In this document: positions 24,800 through 38,079 of the stretch, piece after piece | Numbering within the stretch: the stretch's first letter is position 1 | Layout of the letters: the number at the start of each line of letters is the position of its first letter | The notes under the pieces: model-generated | Told to the model about the DNA's origin: nothing | Seen by the model: only the letters and a program-made list of their open reading frames with translations | The model's database searches: none | Source of the DNA: Macrostomum lignano | Taxonomy: Eukaryota | DNA: 64,000 nucleotides | NCBI GenBank assembly: GCA_002269645.1 | Contig: NIVC01002775.1 | Location: forward strand, 62,001-126,000 | Direction of reading: 5' to 3' | Made by a program: the position numbers and the translations under genes

Positions 24800-25850
24800 A
24801 GAATTTCAGAAAAGAGGAAAGGTGAGAGAAAGGATAAAAGATAGGCCTAAGATAAAAGAGGGTGAGGGTGATGAGAAAGAAGGAGAGAAGAGGGGAGAGA
24901 AAAGAGAAGCAAGATGAGAGAATAAATAAAAGAGAGGGCCTTTTCATATTGCTTGCTCTGGTTCCAGAACCAGAACCAATTTGTGAAGTATAACTTTTTG
25001 TCTCCATAACTAGAGGGAGATATATGCTATAAAGTTTTTATTATTGAATGACAATCGCCAAGAAGAAAGTGAAAAATTGTGCTAAGTTAGGTTGTTAAGG
25101 CAGTCAAATATTAACAGAGTTTAATAGTTATACTGCTGTTTTTCTTGGAATTCTGAACCGATTCTGGTTCTGGAATTGGTAATATGAAAAGGCCCAGAGA
25201 AGAGATAAGGTTGTAGAGATAAGAGAGATGTAAAGAGAGATAAGAAATGAGATAAAAAAGGAGAATAGGAGAGTAGAGAAAGAACAAAGGAGACAAGAGA
25301 AGGAGAGAGTATAGAAGAATGAAAAGAAAAGAAAGAAAAAAGGAAAATGAGGTCATGAGGATTCAAAAGAGGGGGAAAAAAGTAGAGAGGAGAGACAAAG
25401 GGAGAGAGAAGTGGAAAAGAAGAGGAAAGAGGAGAATAGAAAGGGGAGAGAATAGAAAGGAGAAGAAAGATTGGGGAGGAGAGAGAGAAAGAGAGCAGAG
25501 AGAAATGAGAAGAGATAAGAGAGAACAGAAGAGATAAGAAAAGAGAGAGTAAAGAGTAGAGAGGTAAGAAGAGAGTAAAGGAGAGTTAAGAGAGGAGGGA
25601 AGTGTTGAAACAAGGGAGAGTGAAGAATAAGAATAGGGGAGAAAGAAGAAAGTAGAGAGAACAGAAAGGAATAAAAAAGATAAAAAAAGGAGAAAAGAGA
25701 GACAAGAGAGAACAGAGGACAAAGAAAAGAACAGAAAGGAGAAGGAAAAGATAAGAAGAGAAAGAAAAGAGAAGAGAGACAAGGGACAAGAGACAAGAGG
25801 AGAGAGAGGAAATAGAAAAAAGATAGAAGTTTCAAAGGATCCAAGGGATG
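24800..25850 (+). repeat. Long purine-rich (A/G) low-complexity tract
   Basis: The + strand is almost exclusively A/G over about 25200-25830. Confidence 0.9.
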
Positions 25851-26675
25851 TAGGGAAAGTCAGAGGCAGAGGCCAGCAGAGTTTTTCAATACATGTTTTA
25901 GAGTCAAAGAGATATTGCTTGACATTCTACGTAGCACCCCAGCCAACATTATCAAATGTTTGCCTCAAATCTTTTTTACACAATTTTATTCTATTTTATA
26001 TTTACCTCTATTTCCTTACAAGTTTTTGTTTGAGTATGGCCTCAGATTTCAGAATGCATGCAAAATTAGTTCCAGGTATTGGAATTCCCCAGGTTTAAAA
26101 TCTGTGGGTTTCAACAGCTTGTATAAATATATAAATAACAACCTATTTGATATGTTTCTTAAAGAATGTATTAGAAATTTTATTTTAGGGCCAACATTCT
26201 TAAATGTTATTTTAAAGTTTGTATGTTTCGGCATATTCAAATAAAATCTCAAATGCCTGAGCAAATAACAATGTACTTTTAAAATTGTCTGAATAGAAAA
26301 GTTATAGAAAGTGATTATATTTTGAATCTTCAATAGTCATAGGCCCTTAAAAATAATATATTTTGCCTAATAGCTTTTAAAGGTATAATAATAATTTTTA
26401 GCATATGTCCAATATAGAATCTTTAGCAGTTTTCTCTATTCTACATATGGCTATGGCTATGGCTATGAGATCCTATGGCAAATATGGTAAAATAGATGCC
26501 TATAGGCCCTAAACATAGCGTATATTTTTTCATATAAATTTCCTAGCCATGGTTTAGTTAGTATGATTAGAGTATGAGTTTTCATGCCTTCTTTGTTGAT
26601 AAATGATATTTTATGTCAAAAGAGTTCTTTAAGTGTCTAAATAGTAGTCAATCAAAGAGACATTGATATAGTTAG

Positions 26676-27221
<546 letters not shown>

Positions 27222-27699
27222 AAAAGCACAATCTTTGGATTGTTTGCTGAAGAAGACTGCTCGCATGTTTGCTTTTAGTTAACTAGCGATTGAAAGCTTT
27301 GTGAATCTTTGAACAATAAAACATTGTTCGAAAGTGAAAACTTGTTATAAGTTGCTGGAACATTGAAAGAAGAAGTCATTTTTTTGTTTGCTTTCTTGTT
27401 TGTTTCTTTTTTGTGAGCGATGCATTAAATATCTGTGTTTATCATGCTTGGTATTAAAATAGAGATTACTTCAGACTCCGTGTATCTACACTCGATGACT
27501 TAAAGTTTGAGTAATCTATAGACATTTATTTCTAGTCCTAGAGATTAAGTTATCTATAGGCTCCTGTCTCTAGATATGAAGATTACGTGTTGTATAGACT
27601 ACTGTATCTAGACTTGAAGATTAAGTGATCTATAGACTCCTCTCTCTAGACCTGGAGATTAAGTGATCTATAGGCTCTTGTCTCTAGACTTGGACATTT

Positions 27700-29100
27700 A
27701 GTAATCTACTACTATAGACTCCTGTCTGTAGACTTGGACATCAAGTGATCTATAGACTCCTGTCTGTAGAATTGGACATCAATCAAGTGATCTAAAGACT
27801 CCTGTCTGTAGTATTGGACATCAATCAAGTGATCTATAGACTCCTGTCTGTAGTATTGGACATCAATCAAGTGATCTATAGACTCCCGTCTGTAGAATCG
27901 GACATCAATCAAGTGATCTATAGACTCCTGTCTGTAGAATTGGACATCAATCAAGTGATCTATAGACTCCTGTCTGTAGAATTGGACATCAATCAAGTGA
28001 TCTATAGACTCCTGTCTGTAGAATTGGACATCAATCAAGTGATCTATAGACTCCTGTCTGTAGAATTGGACATCAATCAAGTGATCTATAGACTCCTGTC
28101 TGTAGAATTGGACATCAATCAAGTGTTCTATAGACTCCCGTCTGTAGAATTGGACATCAATAGAGTGATCTATAGACTTCCGTCTGTAGAATCGGACATC
28201 AATCAAGTGATCTATAGACTCCCGTCTGTAGAATCGGACATCAATCAAGTGATCTATAGACTCCTGTCTGTAGAATTGGACATCAATCAAGTGATCTATA
28301 GACTCCTGTCTGTAGAATTGGACATCAATCAAGTGTTCTATAGACTCCCGTCTGTAGAATTGGACATCAATCAAGTGATCTATAGACTCCCGTCTGTAGA
28401 ATTGGACATCAATCAAGTGATCTATAGACTCCTCTCTCTAGACCTGGAGATTAAGTGATCTATAGGCTCTTGTCTCTAGACTTGGACATTTAGTAATCTA
28501 CTGCTATAGACTCCTGTCTGTAGACTTGGACATCAAGTGATCTATAGACTCCTGTCTGTAGAATTGGACATCAATCAAGTGACCTATAGACTCCTGTCTG
28601 TAGAATTGGACATCAATCAAGTGATCTAAAGACTCCAGTCTGTAGAATTGGACATCAATCAAGTGATCTATAGACTCCTGTCTGTAGTATTGGACATCAA
28701 TCAAGTGTTCTATAGACTCCCGTCTGTAGAATTTGACATCAATCAAATGATCTATAGACTCCTGTCTGTAGAATTGGACATCAATAGAGTGATCTATAGA
28801 CTTCCGTCTGTAGAATCGGACATCAATCAAGTGATCTATAGACTCCTGTCTGTAGAATTGGACATCAATCGAGTGATCTATAGACTCCTGTCTGTAGAAT
28901 TGGACATCAATCAAGTGATCTATAGACTCCTGTCTGTAGAATTGGACATCAATAGAGTGATCTATAGACTTCCGTCTGTAGAATTGGACATCAATCAAGT
29001 GATCTATAGACTCCTGTCTGTAGAATTGGACATCAATCGAGTGATCTATAGACTCCTGTCTGTTGAATTGGACATCAAGTGATCTACAGGCTCCTGTCTG
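27700..29100. repeat. 42-bp minisatellite (GATCTATAGACTCCTGTCTGTAGAATTGGACATCAATCAAGT) in two blocks, with degenerate flanks (27530-29230)
   Basis: Tandem units; the spacer at about 27650-27720 recurs at 28430-28510. Confidence 0.95.
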
Positions 29101-29982
29101 TAGACTTGAAGATCAAGAAGTGATCTATAGACCCATGTCTAGACTTGAAGATTAAAAAGTAATCTGTAGACTGTCTGTCTCTAGACTTGGACATCAATTG
29201 ATTTATAGACCCATGTCTCTGCTTTGAGTTCAAACAATCTAGACTTTGTCCTAGCTTTATCATTGGAATTCTCAAGATAATCTCGCCAAAACCGAGAATT
29301 AAAGTTCGCATTTCAAAAAGAAAGCTTTTATTAATTTATTGCTACAAGCTTAAGACTGAAAAATGGAGTCTATTAAATCCTGCTTGTAGTTTTATGTTAT
29401 CTCTTCTCTCTGTTCGATTTAGCTTCTGTTAAAATTTGACTATTGGTTAACCGTCACCGACTTTTCTTGTAGCCTGACCGATTCTACATAGCCATGGAGT
29501 CATGGACCCCTTATTGAGACTGGACTGGACTAGCAACAAATTCTATAAATATTAAGCTACCGGTGCTCTGACTTTTGGGTATAGAAAGCTATTTAAAAAC
29601 GGAGATTTTGATTCTAAAGTAATCAATGCTTCTATACTTCTAGTCCAGTCCAAGTGCTTACTATATTAACAGAAGTCCTTGTCTGGACTATCCGTATCTG
29701 GTATAATGGTGTACACACAGTCACCTCAACCGCTCTGCAATCCATGCTACTATACTCTATATAGGCCGAATCTGGTTCAATGCGGTCACTTCAAAAGGCA
29801 TGCAGATATGGTGTGACTTGCGCATAGATTGCGAAAAATTCATTCTGTAACATATCTTACGGTATGTGCCAAGGCCTATCGCTAAAAACAGCTGTTATAA
29901 ATAGGACTACAGTTCAAAAACTGACGCTTGAAGAAAGCAAACTACTGCAGGAGTTCTTGTTGAAACTTTTAAAAGAAGCATT

Positions 29983-32900
29983 ATGGCCAGCACGGTCGAG
30001 TTGTCCAACTCTCCAGAAACCGAAGGCCAACAAGACCATGACTCTTCAATTGACTATCTGGTGCACAGAAAGGTGTACAACTACGCCAAGTTTACCGCCG
30101 ATGAAGGCGAAGCTATTAAAAAGAATCGTTCGCTTCGTCGAGAGATTACCAGCGGACTCAAAGACACCTGCGTGCCAGAGAAGCCAACGCTTCAACGCTT
30201 GATTCCGTTCATTGGTTTGCTGCAGTCTGGCCAGTACAAGACTGACGATTTTGTGTCCGACCTCATTGCCGGTGCAACCATGTGCGTCTTCCACATTCCG
30301 CAGGGCCTAGCCTATAGCCTGTTGGCCGGCCTGAAACCCATCACCGGACTGTACACCTCGCTAATCCCGGTACTGATCTTTGCCGTGTTTGGCAGATCGC
30401 GTCATCTGTCTATTGGCACATATGCTGTTCTGTCACTGATACTGTTGGACATGATTGAAGAGCATCGCGGAGCCTATTTGCAGAGGATGCAGGATAACAA
30501 CATTACCGGAGCGTCGTTTGGATTCAACTACACCGATACAGACTATGCAAGACTGCAAATAGCGATGGTTGGCAGTTTTTCTGCTTCGCTAATTATGATG
30601 TTTATCGGCCTGTTCCGATTGGGTTTCTTCATGACTTACATTTCTGATTCTATGCTGAAAGGATTCACCACTGCTGCTGGAGTTCACGTGATGATGAGTC
30701 AGGTGCCACTGGTGTTTGGCGTTGAAGTCCCCAGAACGACCAGCAGGTTCAAGATTATCGGGGTGAGTTGCATGCATGTACACTGGGTGTTTTTGGGCAC
30801 ACCAGCAAGTTACCTTCTGTACTTTTAGACAGTAATGTACATGTACATGGTAACTTCTGACTATGCATGTTTTACATGTACAGCCTGTTAATGTACTTGT
30901 ATGTATAGGCTAAAGAATGTACTTTTACATCTACGTAATTTAGGCTACATCATGTACCTGTACATGTAGGCTATATCATGTATCTGTACATGTAGGATAT
31001 ATACATCATGTACTTGTTTACGTAAGCTATTGTACATCATGTACTTGTTCACGTAAGCTATTGTACATCATGCACTTATTCACGTAAGCTATTGTACATC
31101 ATGTACTTGTACATGTAAGCTACATCCTGTGCATGTTTACATGTATGTAGGCTACATAAGAATATAACCTTTTTACCTGTATGCTGTACTGCTGTTGTAT
31201 TGCTCATCTGTACAAGTTCATACATGTACATGTACTGCCGTCAAGTTAAATGTAACTTACAAGATAACCACATATGCTCAATGTGACTTATGTAAAAGTA
31301 CAAATTCCATGTTCGCAGACGCTCATCAACCTGTTCAAAGTGATTCACAAGACCAACTTTGTGACTCTGGGCCTATCGGCGGCCAGTTGCATCATACTTT
31401 ACCTGGTGCGCGAGTTCGTTAATCCCCGAGTTAAAAAGAAGATTCGAGTACCTTTGCCAATCGAACTGTTAATCATTATTGGCACCTTGCTGGTCTCATA
31501 TTTCGCCAAGTTGAACAGCGATTTCAATGTGTCCATCGTTGGCGAAGTGCCGCGCGGCTTACCGGCTCTCCTAGTGCCCGACATGGGATTTCTTCCCACT
31601 GTGTTTGCCTCCTCCATTCCGGTGGGAATTGTTGGCGGAATAGTGTCGATGTCATTGGCTAAGCTCTATTGCCTGCAGTTTCAGTACAGCTACGACTACA
31701 ATGAAGACTTTGCCATCCTGGGAGCCAGCAGTCTGGTGTCCAGCTTCTTCCAGTGCTTCTTCCCGTGTACAGCTCTGGCGAGAAACGCTGTGGTCGTGTC
31801 CGTGAGTAGATAACAGTCAAAAGCAGAGTATTGTGATCGCCATGTGTACAGGTAAAAGGGCCCCTTGTCCAGATGAATTGGCGAACCTGTCCCGATTGCC
31901 TGTTCCCAATACTTGCACCTCTTGGTTCTGGCACCCCCTTGGTGCTAAAGCCCCTTGGTGCTAGCGCCCCTTGATGTTACCAATATAGCACCACCCGATG
32001 GTATCCCATGATGGCGCCCCCTTTTGTGGGGCATCTGACACTGGCATCCCTCGATGTCGCCTTGCGCTGGCGCACCCTCAACAAAAAATCCTGTCTACGC
32101 CCTAGAGACGGGGTGCTTTCACAAGGTCGAAATTTCACAACGTCGAAAAGTAAATTATTTCACAAGGTCGAAACTTCACAAGGTCGAAATTTCATAACAT
32201 CGAAAACTTTAGCAAGAGACTTCATAAGGTCGAAATTTTACAAGGTCGAAATTTCATGACATCGAAAACTCAAAAATCAGCCACTTTTACAAGGTCGAAA
32301 CTTCACATGGTCGAAATTTCACAACATCGAAAACTCTAAAAGCAGCCACTTTCATAAGGTCGAAATTTCACAACACGAAACTCAAATAGCAGCCACTTTC
32401 ACAAGGTCGAAATTTCATAACATCGACACTAAAACTTATGAAAGTGGCTGCTATTTGAGTTTTCGACCTTGTGAAATTTCGACTTTATGAAGTCTCTTGC
32501 TAAAGCTTTCGATGTTGTGAAATTTCGACCTTGTGAAATTTCGACCTTGTGAAATTTCGACCTTATGAAGGAGGGTGCTTTTGACGTTGTGAAATTTCGA
32601 GTTTGTGAACCCCCCCCCCCCCCCCAGAGACTATTTACATGTTAAATAGCGTTTCAGTACTAAAGCAACTATTGCAAAAACAGCGAACATTCTGTAAACT
32701 CCAACAGGTTGGCATGAAGAGCCAGATGGCCAGCATTGTCAGCTGCGGTCTGATGCTGCTCGTACTGCTGCTAGTTGGCCCCCTATTCCACTCGGTGCCA
32801 ACCTGCGCTCTGGGCTCCATCATTATTGTATCCTTGATTGGCGTGATCAAGCAGGTGACGGAACTGCCGCAGATCTGGCGCATCTCCCGTATCGACTTCA

Positions 32901-34113
32901 GCGTGTGGCTGGTGGCAGCGCTCTCCGTGCTCATCCTGGATGTGACCCTCGGCTTGGCTATCGGTCTGGGCTTCACCCTGTTCTCCGTGATCCTGCGCAC
33001 CCAGTCGGCCAGAATAGCGGTCCTTGGCCGCATTGGCGTCACGGACATCTACAGAGATGTCCGCGAGTACCCAGCTGCCGAGGAGCTGCCGGGGCTGAAA
33101 ATTGTCCGTTTCGACGCTCCGTTGAACTTTGCCAACGCGGAACGATTACGGGATTTTGTGATGCAGCTGGTCGATGACTGCGCCAGGCCTGCAGACTCTG
33201 ATGATCAGGCTGGGAAGAGTTCGCGAGTGCACACCATCTTACTAGACTGCTCATCGTGGGTGTACGCCGATATGGTTGGCATCAGGACTGTGAAGGAGGT
33301 GAGCGTGCTGCCTCAGTACCCTGAGTCTCTATTTGGATGGGCCGCCTCCCCCAATAATCCTCAGGTAATGGTTCCAACTCCTCAGCTCCTCAGATGCTGG
33401 CCTCAAATTCTCTGATCCTCAGATATGGGTTCAGCACTTCCAGATCCTCAGGTGTGTTGATCATGCAATCAGATCCTCAGGTGTTGACCCCGCGATCAGG
33501 TCCTCAGGTGTTGACCCCTCAATCAGATCCTCAGGTGTTGACCCCGCGATCAGATCCTCAGGTGTTGACCCCGCGATCAGATCCTCAGGTGTTGACCCCT
33601 CAATCAGATCCTCAGGTGTTGACCCCGCGATCAGGTCCTCAGGTGTTGACCCTGAGTCAGCGGAATGGGCAGAATTGCCTCGATGTCGCTGAATGCATTG
33701 CGTCAAAGTGCTCCGCCTTCAGTTATTATTTTTACTATCCCAGATCCTTAGGTGCTCATCCTACCCTATAAAAAACACTTTTAACTGTACAACACATGCA
33801 ATCGTCAGTCAATCAATCAACCTGATCCCTCCAGGCTTACGCACTTCTACTCAGCCGAAACTATCGCGTACTGTTTGCCGCTTGCAAAGATTCGGTTCGA
33901 CTGCTCTTCTTCCAGGAGGATTTCCTGAAAGACGCTGACGTATCTCTTTTTTATCTCACTGTACACGACGCCGTGCTGTTTGCCAGTCGCGTGGCACCGA
34001 ATAACCAGGCAGAGACGGTCAGTGAAGTTCAAGAAGTCAAAGACACCATGGCAATTGAAATGACGAACCGTCCCGATTCTGCTAACAACGACGCTGGAGT
34101 GGCGCTGATTTGA
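29983..34113 (+). CDS. SLC26 (prestin/pendrin-like) anion transporter, full length with STAS; exons 29983-30762, 31319-31801, 32708-33298, 33835-34113; about 710 aa
   Basis: SDLIAGATMCVFHIPQGLAYSLLAGLKPITGLYTS, GRSRHLSIG, GFTTAAGVHV, PLNFANAE and ILLDCSSWVYADMVG (STAS), FYLTVHDAVLFA; all introns GT-AG, phase 0. Confidence 0.93.
32110..32625. mobile_element. Palindromic MITE/foldback in SLC26 intron 2 (GGGG...CCCC ends, CACAAGGTCGAAATTT subrepeats, AGAGAC flanking duplication)
   Basis: Subrepeats switch orientation at about 32430; AGAGAC lies at 32104-32109 and 32626-32631. Confidence 0.75.
33465..33655. repeat. 27-bp minisatellite (GATCCTCAGGTGTTGACCCCGCGATCA), about 7 copies, SLC26 intron 3
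   Basis: Direct inspection. Confidence 0.9.
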
Positions 34114-35858
34114 ACTTCGTTTTTGTTTTAGTAGTTGTATAACTCGAACGAAATAGTGCGGTTTTTTAATCTTTCGTACTATTGATAATTTTACTTTATT
34201 ACCAAATCCGCGCTAGAAATATGACGTTATTATGTGACCTTTTTTCTATTTTTTTTGGAGCGTTTGTAACACAGCAGTTATGTCTGTGAAAAAATTGTTA
34301 GATCAAAACGGCTCTCGCTTGTCTCTCAGTCAGAAATCTGCGTGTTTGTCTCTGGCCCAACCTGCTGTCTCTTCTCTAGGCTTGGATGTCCATTTTTTAA
34401 CTTTGCATGGCAACAGCCACGATTTAGAAACATTTCTGTTTGTTATCATTGCCGAATAATCAAAGCAACTTAAAGATATGTTACAGACCATACAGACTAT
34501 CCATGAGTGACAACTACTGATTCGGAATTGGTAAGTAGCTGCAACGCAACTGGTAATATTTTTTCAATTAAATTTATTATGACTTGTTTTATTTTAAATA
34601 ATATATCTTATATGAGATGCGAGATATATTACAAGATTTACAAGAAATCAAGGATGCATAACTGAGAGATGCATGATAGAGTTCATGATCTTGGATGATG
34701 GTTCAACATAGCAATTCAAACGGCGTCTGTACGAGCGTATAATGAATGTCATTGCACCTACACCGATTAAGTAACCTTGAACTTGGGTACAGGTATTTTT
34801 TGGAAATCATGAGAATGCACTAAAACATGCAGTAGAAACTTTGCGTATATAAGCAGAAGCATTTAAATGTCATTAAGACAAAAGGGGTCGTACTATAAAG
34901 CTGTCGTAGCGTAAGTTCGATCGCACTTCGAAAATTTTACACTGCGGAGATAGGAGATAAGAACGATCTTATCTTAAGATTGCTTTGTCGAACGGGCCCA
35001 AAGTCATTTATTACGACGTAGCTCTGAGTCTTAAAACCCCTTAGATGAACCGCCGAGCATGTCTTTCCGCACAAAACCTCTTACCCATCCAATTTTTATT
35101 GCCCTCCCCGGGTTCCAGCCTAAAGCTGGTATGTACATTGCAGAAGCGCTGGCTATAATGTACATTAGCGCTTATCCAACAGCAATTTGTTTACGTCTGC
35201 AGGCTAGGCTTCTAATCCTTAAATCATTTTAACTGCCTTACTTTTAACTTTTCATAAAATAGCTTATGATCTTTTAAACTTGAACTGAAAGTAGACAATC
35301 CATCCATTCATTCATACAAAATGGCTAAGATCTGTTGTTGTGTCAGTAGTAGGCATGAGGGGGCTTTTAGGAAATTTTTTACTTCCTATATAATCCCATT
35401 TTTATCTATATTGGCAAAGCAATTGGCAATAAGGTAGAAGGTCAACTTGAATAAAAAATCTTCCAACACAATACTTTTATCTGCTGCTTGCTTAATTCCG
35501 ATAGCAATGCCATGCATCATGAATGAAAAAAGCTTTGACAGTGGGGCGCTTGTACTAAAACAGAAACGGAAAAATCCAATCAAACTATCTGTTTATTTTC
35601 AATATAGAGTTGCAATACTTCCTGCACTGGAGTTTTATCAATTAGCCTTTTAATTTTTATCAGATTCAGATAAATCCGTAAATCTATAAAGTCCGGGCAC
35701 ATTTTCACTTGATTCATACGGTCTATTGTTATGGTGCTAGTCACTTGTCAAAGTTGATAGATTTAAAAAATGCACAGAACTGAAAACTGTTGCTCACTGT
35801 CTGCCGAGTTGTGGAACTCTGGTAGTGCTCATGAGACACACCATCTGCACAGCAGTTT

Positions 35859-37694
35859 TTATTTGCTTGTCCTGCCCGCCGCACCAATCATCATCGGGTA
35901 CTTTGTCGCCGAATCGACTCTGCTGACGTCAACAGCGGCACTGCTGCTGCCGTTTTTGTTGCTGCTGTATCTGACACGGATCTTTGACCCTCGACGACGA
36001 GCGTCTCGAGCATCGCTGTCTCCGGGCTGACCTTCACGCCGAGTAGCCATGCAGCGCGTGACCAGAGTGCAAGCCAGCGAATAGCAGAATCCCACAGCCA
36101 GGCCAAGAGACACGTCCAGCACGAGGACAGACACAGCGGTCAGAAGCCAAGTGCTCAAGTCCAGGTACTTGGCTTCACGCCACAGTTTAGGAATATCGGT
36201 CACTTGTTTGAACACCCCGACTAAGGACACGACGATGACGGAGGCCAGAGCGCATTCGGGAACGGCTTCGAATAGAGGAGCAACTGCTAGCACAACCAGT
36301 AGCACGACGAGGCAGCTCACTGCTGATGCCACCTGCGACTTCATGCCCGCTCCGACCACCACGGTGCATCGAGCCAGCGCGCCAGTAGCGTAGAAGCACT
36401 GGAAGAAGCTGCCAAACAGACTGGACGTTCCAAGTACAAAGAGCTCTCCATTGTAATTAACTTCATAGTCAAACTGCAAAGCGTACATTTTCCCGATAGA
36501 CAGGGACATGGCCGCGCCGACTAAACTAACAGGCAGGCACGGGAGCAGGACGTTTGGCATGAAGGAGAAATCCGGTACTAGCGGTAGCGGCAAGCCTCTC
36601 GGGACGGTTCCGACTACGTCAACGCTGAAGCGCGACTGCAATTGCAACGCGTGTGACGCCACCAGCGCCGATAAAATGATGAGCAGTTCAACTGGCAGTG
36701 GAACTTTGATGCACTTTTTGACGCGCGGATTCAGGTACTCTTTCATTAAGTAGAGCGGCACCATGCACGCAACGGAGGTGATTACGGTGGTCCAGTTAGT
36801 CGACGCGATGTCGTTAAATATTCCGGTGTAGCTGGCAATCAGTTTAACAAAGTTGTCGCCGCTAGTTGGCTGAACGCCCAGCAGCATCGGCACCTGGCTG
36901 GTGAAAATGTGAACAGCTGCGGCTGTTGTAAAGCCGCGAAGCATCGGGTTGGAGACGTACTTCATCACAAAGCCGAGCTGCAAGGTGCCGAGTGCCATGT
37001 TGATTACTGATGCCGCAAAACTGCCTAAAACGGCGACTTGAAGTCTAGCGTATTCTTCCACGGTGAGTCCTCCGTAGTACTCATCGGAGTCGCTGGAACA
37101 GTCGGCATTTAGATTGATCTCATCAACTTCTGAGTATAAAGAGCAATTACTTATGGTGCTGTTAGAGCCCGGAAGCTGGTCCATGTACTGACGATAGGTC
37201 GTCCCGATCATGTCCGCTAGCAGCAGCGAGGTCAGCGAGAAAGTGCCTATTGATTGGTGAAGCGACCTGCCTATCAGAGAGTAGAGAGCCACGGGTATCA
37301 GCGAAGTGTACAGGCCGTTGATGGGTTTTAAACCAGCCAGCAAGCTATTGGCCAGGCCTTGTGGTATGTGAAAGACGCTCATTGTTAACCCGGCGAGCAG
37401 GTCCGACACCAGAGCTTTGCTTGAGTAGCTTCCGCCAGAGATCAGGGAATAGAACGGGAACAACAGCTGGAACAAGCTCTCGGCTCGGTGCTTCAGCGCT
37501 ACCATCGTTGGCTCGCTGCAGCATGAGTTGCAGCAATTACTGCAGCGACCGCGAAACGGCTTCTTACCGAGCAGGCCTCGTCGTCTCGTTGTTGAAGATC
37601 CGTACAGATGGTGCAAATCGTCCGACAACAACGGAACTGTTTCCGATCGAGTGCTCTCCAACAGGTCAGCCTCTGATTCAGTTGCCGTTGTCAT
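35859..37694 (-). CDS. Intronless SLC26-family transporter lacking the STAS domain (copy 1), 611 aa
   Basis: SDLLAGLTMSVFHIPQGL, GLYTS, GFTTAAAVHIFTSQ, GMKSQVAS and DLSTWL; after the last TM helix there is only a polar tail of about 55 aa, then the stop. Confidence 0.9.
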   Translation of the reverse strand: MTTATESEADLLESTRSETVPLLSDDLHHLYGSSTTRRRGLLGKKPFRGRCSNCCNSCCSEPTMVALKHRAESLFQLLFPFYSLISGGSYSSKALVSDLLAGLTMSVFHIPQGLANSLLAGLKPINGLYTSLIPVALYSLIGRSLHQSIGTFSLTSLLLADMIGTTYRQYMDQLPGSNSTISNCSLYSEVDEINLNADCSSDSDEYYGGLTVEEYARLQVAVLGSFAASVINMALGTLQLGFVMKYVSNPMLRGFTTAAAVHIFTSQVPMLLGVQPTSGDNFVKLIASYTGIFNDIASTNWTTVITSVACMVPLYLMKEYLNPRVKKCIKVPLPVELLIILSALVASHALQLQSRFSVDVVGTVPRGLPLPLVPDFSFMPNVLLPCLPVSLVGAAMSLSIGKMYALQFDYEVNYNGELFVLGTSSLFGSFFQCFYATGALARCTVVVGAGMKSQVASAVSCLVVLLVVLAVAPLFEAVPECALASVIVVSLVGVFKQVTDIPKLWREAKYLDLSTWLLTAVSVLVLDVSLGLAVGFCYSLACTLVTRCMATRREGQPGDSDARDARRRGSKIRVRYSSNKNGSSSAAVDVSRVDSATKYPMMIGAAGRTSK

Positions 37695-38079
37695 GATCTC
37701 CCCGCGGAGCCTGTCCGACGAAATTCCGTGCTAAAAACTGCGACAAAAAAAGTTTTTGCGAGCGCAATAAAAAGCTCCTTACACGCTAAACTAGATCGAG
37801 CGCATTGCTTAAGAATAGAAGCAGAGAGAGATCTCACCCTAATGGGCGAACTGGTTGCAACGCCTATGCCAGATTGATACTCTTATCAATTCGAAACATT
37901 TTGAGAGCAATTTTTGACCGCACTTTGAGGGAGCGCCTGCCGTTATTCTCATATAATATTTGGCATGTGTCGTGGCTTTTTACTAAAGCACCAATAGACG
38001 GTAGGTCGTTATTAATTGTCAGTACTGTACAATTTATCGCATGTCGATCTTCACAATTTTTAACATTTGTCATCTGCGG

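Noticed and set aside
25111-25844. Leu/Phe/Ser-rich multi-pass membrane protein ORFs (also 58113-58616)
   Set aside because: These are antisense translations of polypurine low-complexity tracts.
35891-37734. Short overlapping or antisense ORFs conserved between the two STAS-less copies
   Set aside because: Their conservation follows trivially from the recent duplication of the sense gene.
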